Virus record (IMG/VR): IMGVR_UViG_3300031576_000005
Span: 64,001 to 128,000 of that record
Reading direction: 5' to 3' (one strand)
Source: a virus
Length of the DNA: 64,000 bases
The position numbers and the translations under genes are program-made. Within the stretch, counting starts at the first letter, position 1, and every line of letters begins with the position of its first letter. A model generated the notes under the pieces. That model was not told the DNA's origin. It saw nothing but the letters and a program-made list of their open reading frames with translations, and did no database searches. This document shows, one piece after another, positions 59,727 through 64,000 of the stretch.

Positions 59727-60380
59727 TTATTTTCTATTTAGTTTGTTAAGTAATATCTTTTTTATCTTTATAAAAGAACTATTACATTTTAATCTAACCC
59801 ATTCATGCGAAACATTATATTTTTTGCCCACATTCTTTAAAGTTGTCTGAGTGAATCCATACTTATAATATATAGCATCTTTCTCTAATTCCGTCAACTC
59901 ATTTATGCATTCCATCATAATTTTTTTTAGATGTGTATCTTCTATCTTATCATATACAATTAATTCTGGAATAGACAGTTCTATAATTTTCTTTCCATCT
60001 GGGTCTGTTTGCGTATACCATTTACACTTATCATAAGCCTCAGAAATGCTCATTAATTGATATGGAGATTGTTTTTTAGCTAGAGCTTTAGATATATGCT
60101 CAACGGGATGTCTTATCAACCAATCTTTACTCATTTCTCTCTTTGCTCGCTGTAAGGCACATTTATAAGCAAATCTCTTAAAAGCTCCTTTTGTCTTATC
60201 AAAATGCTGAATAGCGGATAATATGCCCAATATAGCCCCATATCTTTTTGCACCATCGTCCATATTATTATTTCCAAGTTTATTAACTACTCTATCAATT
60301 ATATAATTATAATTAAGTAATACTTCATTTCTAGCTTTTGTATTACCTTTTTGTGCTTTTGTTATAGTATCAATTATCAT
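59727..60380 (-). CDS. Sigma70-family RNA polymerase sigma factor
   Basis: AQKGN..ARN, GILSAIQHFD..KG.F..FA, region 4 TLKNVG..YNVSHEWVR. Confidence 0.82.
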   Translation of the reverse strand: MIIDTITKAQKGNTKARNEVLLNYNYIIDRVVNKLGNNNMDDGAKRYGAILGILSAIQHFDKTKGAFKRFAYKCALQRAKREMSKDWLIRHPVEHISKALAKKQSPYQLMSISEAYDKCKWYTQTDPDGKKIIELSIPELIVYDKIEDTHLKKIMMECINELTELEKDAIYYKYGFTQTTLKNVGKKYNVSHEWVRLKCNSSFIKIKKILLNKLNRK

Positions 60381-60735
60381 ATTTTTTCTTGAAATCTTTC
60401 ATAAAATCTTGATTTGATAGGCACAGATATACAAACATACATGCATATATTAAATGAGTATCTTTGGTTCCAGAGGATATTAATGTTGCTTTATCTCTTT
60501 CTATATATATAGATATAAAATCAGTGAGTGTTGACAAAAAATAAGTATTAATATAAAGCTTATTGTCTTTTTCTATGAATATAATGCTTTCGTCTTGATT
60601 TCGAAATGCAGTAAATCTTTCATCTAATAAAATATTTTTACAAGCTGATACTAAAATTCCTTGTGATAAATAGGTTAAATAATTAAAATATATTTCATAG
60701 GCTAACTTTTCGTTTATAGAAACATCCTTATTCAT
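60370..60735 (-). CDS. Hypothetical protein
   Basis: Coupled ORF. Confidence 0.5.
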   Translation of the reverse strand: MNKDVSINEKLAYEIYFNYLTYLSQGILVSACKNILLDERFTAFRNQDESIIFIEKDNKLYINTYFLSTLTDFISIYIERDKATLISSGTKDTHLIYACMFVYLCLSNQDFMKDFKKKYDN

Positions 60736-61232
60736 TTGATGCCCATGTGATTATGTGAAAATAATAGTGGGGCACCATCATACTTTTCTATTTCAAAAGC
60801 CGGCTCTCCAGATAAGCCGCCGCGATTTCTAATCTTTTCTAACAAATTTTCATCATTCACAGTGGATTTGTATTCGCTATAATAAATTACTTTTTTTACG
60901 TTAAAATGAACTAAGAATAAGGCGCATGAAGGACATGGTTTAAAAGTTATGTATAAAGTCAGCTTTTCTTGGGCGCGACATTTTTCTAATCCAGCAAATA
61001 ATAGTGCGTTCATTTCGGCGTGAATTATATAGGGTTGTTTTTTGTCTCCGTCCAATAATTCGTCATTAAAATTTGCTGGAGCGCCATTATATCCCGAATA
61101 TAATTCGTTCGAATCTGTTTTTAAGACAGCCCCGACTTTAGTATTTTTATCCTTTGACCTTACAGATATTAGGAATGCCAATGACATGCAATAACAATCC
61201 CATGTGGTGTTAATTGGAAGAATATTATTCAT
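60732..61232 (-). CDS. dCMP deaminase
   Basis: RSKD..TKVGA, GYNG, HAEMNA, PCPSC. Confidence 0.9.
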   Translation of the reverse strand: MNNILPINTTWDCYCMSLAFLISVRSKDKNTKVGAVLKTDSNELYSGYNGAPANFNDELLDGDKKQPYIIHAEMNALLFAGLEKCRAQEKLTLYITFKPCPSCALFLVHFNVKKVIYYSEYKSTVNDENLLEKIRNRGGLSGEPAFEIEKYDGAPLLFSHNHMGIK

Positions 61233-62045
61233 ATAATCTTATAAATTCTGCAAATTTCTCTCTTTTCCTTTGAAGAAATATCTTTTCACGACTATATAAA
61301 AAAGTCAAGAAAATCTTAACTTGCCTATTTCCGCAGATTCTTAAATTAAAATTATTTTTATTATCCTTAAATCTTTTATCGATAATGCAGTTAATATTTA
61401 GTTTTTCTGTAATAAATTTTTTGAAATATAAACAAATATTTGAGGTTCCAACAATTACAATTTGACTTCGTATGGTCTTTCTCGGAAAAGACCATGTTAA
61501 GCATCCATCTCCATCAAAATAACCTAAGATAAAACTTTTAATAAAACTATCTCTATTTAATTTTGGCATTTTTAAAATAAATGTTTTATTCTGCATTATT
61601 CCTAATTTTATTAGAGATTTTGCAATATTGATATTATTTATATTTAATCTATATTCATTCCTAAGCTTATAATTGCCATTTCTCCCTCTATATTTTACGA
61701 AAAGTAATGGTCTGGATGATTGTAAGCATTGATTTATTTTATATAAAATTTCCACATCTTTATCTTGCAAAGATAAGGCAACCGCGTGTTGGTCTTTATT
61801 AACATATCCATCTGCCGCTAAAAATCCTAGAATGTATGCCTTTTCTTTTTATCGATTTTATCAAAATAATGTTCATTGATTTTATACTTCCTATGAGATA
61901 GAGTTGGTGGTCTTAGCATTATTTGGTTTTTTATTAAAATATCTCTGATGCATGTTTTTGATACGCCAAACATTTTTCCAATCTGTGGACAAGAATATCC
62001 ATCTTTGTACAAGCTAGTAATTTTTGTCTTAGGAATTAGATTCAT
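61225..62045 (-). pseudogene. HTH-LAGLIDADG homing endonuclease, frameshifted
   Basis: YFDKID...KAYILGFLAADG is joined by adding one A at 61846-61850; second motif FILGYFDGDG. Confidence 0.82.
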
Positions 62046-62203
62046 TTATAGCCTCTACAAGTGCTTTAAGTATAGATTTAACTTGGTCTGAATGGATTTC
62101 AAAGCCCCAATCATCAGCAATAAGAAGTTTTTGTTGTTTGGCCTCATTATATAAAAAGTTGGCTCGATTTGTTATTTTTTGTAGGTCTAGTTTTTTCATA
62201 TTA

Positions 62204-62973
62204 TTAATCTAATAAATATAAATATTCTTCGCCGCAATGGTCTAAAATATATTTTTCACATTCTTTTTTATTTTTACGTTCCATAATATAATGAGATTGG
62301 GTATACCATCCAGAATCATATAATCTATCTGATAATTTTTTAAGATATTTCTCAAGAAAAATATCGTCGTAATTATCTTTAAATTCCTTACTAAAACAGG
62401 AACGTGGCTTCGAACCTTTGCCGTTCATAAATATCCTTTTGATAATTTTCCGCTCTTGGTTAAAACGCCGGCTTTAATTAAAGAATTTACCTTTTGTTTG
62501 AGCGTCATATTTTGGAGGTCTTTCAAAGACTAACTTATTAAGTTGTTTTTGATTCATTTCTTTCATTCTCTATAAATTTTATATAATTTTGGCCATATTT
62601 ACAATCTTGATGAATACATTCTTTACAAAATCCTTGAAGCCGACAAGAGACTCTAACCCCACATTCATCACAGAAAAAACCACTGCTCTTAGGATTTTCG
62701 GGATTATGTTTAATGTATTTTATCATAATTTTTACTTTTCTTAGCATGATGTATATTATAAAGACTTAAATCAACTATAACATAATTAAATATCTCTAAA
62801 TATAAATCAAATCTTGGATTGTGGTCACGATTCTTATTAAAATGTAAGTCGGTAGTTAATGTTATTAAATTAATTTCACCTTTGTATTCTCTCCATTGGT
62901 GGAACATTGAAAGTTCAAAATGATAATTTTTTCCAATTGGAAAATTTATACTGCGTCGTCTTAGGGATAACAT
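62204..62973 (-). other. Small hypothetical genes (62204-62428, 62538-62747, 62710-62973)
   Basis: Co-oriented short ORFs. Confidence 0.45.
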
Positions 62974-62988
62974 ATCATTAATATAATT

Positions 62989-63652
62989 CTATAAAATTCC
63001 TAAAATCTGCTTCATATATTTTCTAAATATTCGAAATTCTTTTGGTGTGGTATGTGAACCAAAAATTTTATGAAACAGATAATGATATTCATAACGGATT
63101 GTTATAACATTGTCTATATTGTATCTATATTTTGGATAATTAGCAACATTAAATTTGTGATGAACAGATAAAAGACCGCCCCTAATTCCATCTATCTGAC
63201 ATATCCAATCATCTCTCTTTAAAGCTTTTTTATAATATTTTTATCTCTCAAAGTCATTCGTTTGTATAAACGATATTTATTCGTTAGATGCGGATTATAG
63301 GCAGGATTTTTATTACCCCTTTTAGATTTTTATATTTTTCTTTTTGCTTCTTCTGACATATGTTTACCAAAATGCGGATGTTCTTTCCCAAATTTTCCAA
63401 AATTTGGTTTTTTTTCTCCTTTATGCGATTCTGATAATTTTAATCGAGTTTCCAAAGATAAATTTTCTCTTTTTCTAGAACATGTCAAACAATGCTTTGT
63501 TCCACGTCCTTTAATAGCATCTACTCTAAGTATTGCCCTATTCTTCTTTCCTTTATGTGTATTATATTCGCAACCCACTAAAGAAAACCATTTTAGCTCT
63601 CTGTTTTTCCCCTACCAACAAAAAATTTTTTATAATTTAAATAAACAATCAT
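62989..63652 (-). pseudogene. NUMOD3-HNH endonuclease (copy 6, diverged), frameshift plus internal TAA
   Basis: MIVYLNY start at 63652, -1 shift near 63604-63612, TAA at 63330-63332, then CQID..GG.LSVHH..N..YH.LFHKIFG. Confidence 0.75.
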
Positions 63653-63653
63653 A

Positions 63654-63884
63654 TCAATACAATTCTACCAAATATCTAATGGCCATAGCCGCCACCTGGA
63701 TTGCTTCTAACTTACCGTGCTTATGCTGATTATGTTTTACAGTATCCCAAAGCTCGCTGACTTCTTCGGCGAGAATGCAGTATCCCTCATGATGACTGTG
63801 AAAGGGACGATGTTTATCGCTAGCCCTCTGGTATTCTTCTAAAACCTTTTTTAGAACCTTATTTAGTTTTTTATTCTTTTTCAT
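63654..63884 (-). CDS. MazG-like NTP pyrophosphohydrolase domain protein
   Basis: HEGY..LAEEVSELW..EAIQVAAMA. Confidence 0.6.
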   Translation of the reverse strand: MKKNKKLNKVLKKVLEEYQRASDKHRPFHSHHEGYCILAEEVSELWDTVKHNQHKHGKLEAIQVAAMAIRYLVELY

Positions 63885-63895
63885 GACTATTAAAT

Positions 63896-63924
63896 ATCTT
63901 ACGCTATATTTAAGTTATTGTCAA
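63896..63924 (-). promoter_or_regulatory. Sigma70-type promoter
   Basis: TTGACA-N17-TAAGAT, ATG 11 nt downstream. Confidence 0.6.
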
Positions 63925-64000
63925 CTATTCATTGTGTTTTAATAAGAAAATCGGATTTATTGCTTTAAACGATAACCTTCCTAATTCTGCGTCTCTCTCT

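Noticed and set aside
55737-63652. Stop-codon reassignment suggested by in-frame TAA at 55800 and 63330
   Set aside because: TAA, TAG and TGA all terminate conserved genes at expected positions; both cases are in endonuclease genes and fit single-base nonsense changes.
2493-63652. RNA-guided (IscB/HEARO-like) nature of the repeated HNH genes
   Set aside because: No RuvC motifs, and the copies abut neighbouring genes, leaving no conserved non-coding flank for a guide RNA.

Overview
AT-rich, gene-dense segment that reads as part of a large or jumbo dsDNA phage genome in the standard genetic code. Capsid, terminase and integrase genes are not in the window. Genes run on the + strand to about 22.1 kb and on the - strand thereafter. 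The + arm carries putative virion genes, then a replication/recombination block: DnaB, DnaG, a PD-(D/E)XK nuclease, an intein-free split DnaE with a Dam-like methylase inserted between the halves, SSB, an intein-containing multidomain glycosyltransferase, a Rad52-like annealase, a Whirly-like protein and a lipoprotein. The - arm carries a tmRNA with a duplicated 3' end and a large glycan-biosynthesis region: about 10 glycosyltransferase ORFs window-wide, Gmd, a UDP-GlcA decarboxylase, a ColD-type PLP enzyme, two sugar C-methyltransferases, three FkbM-type methyltransferases and a carbamoyltransferase interrupted at an (AG)7 repeat. It also holds RecA, a DnaQ-like exonuclease, a second SSB, a sigma factor and nucleotide-pool enzymes. 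Nine free-standing homing-endonuclease-like genes are present, six from one family and five disrupted. The best candidate for an undescribed system is phage-encoded complex glycosylation, with either a Ser/Thr-Gly-rich virion fibre or DNA as the possible target. All family assignments come from motif recognition by eye. Several frameshifts lie in homopolymers and may be assembly errors.
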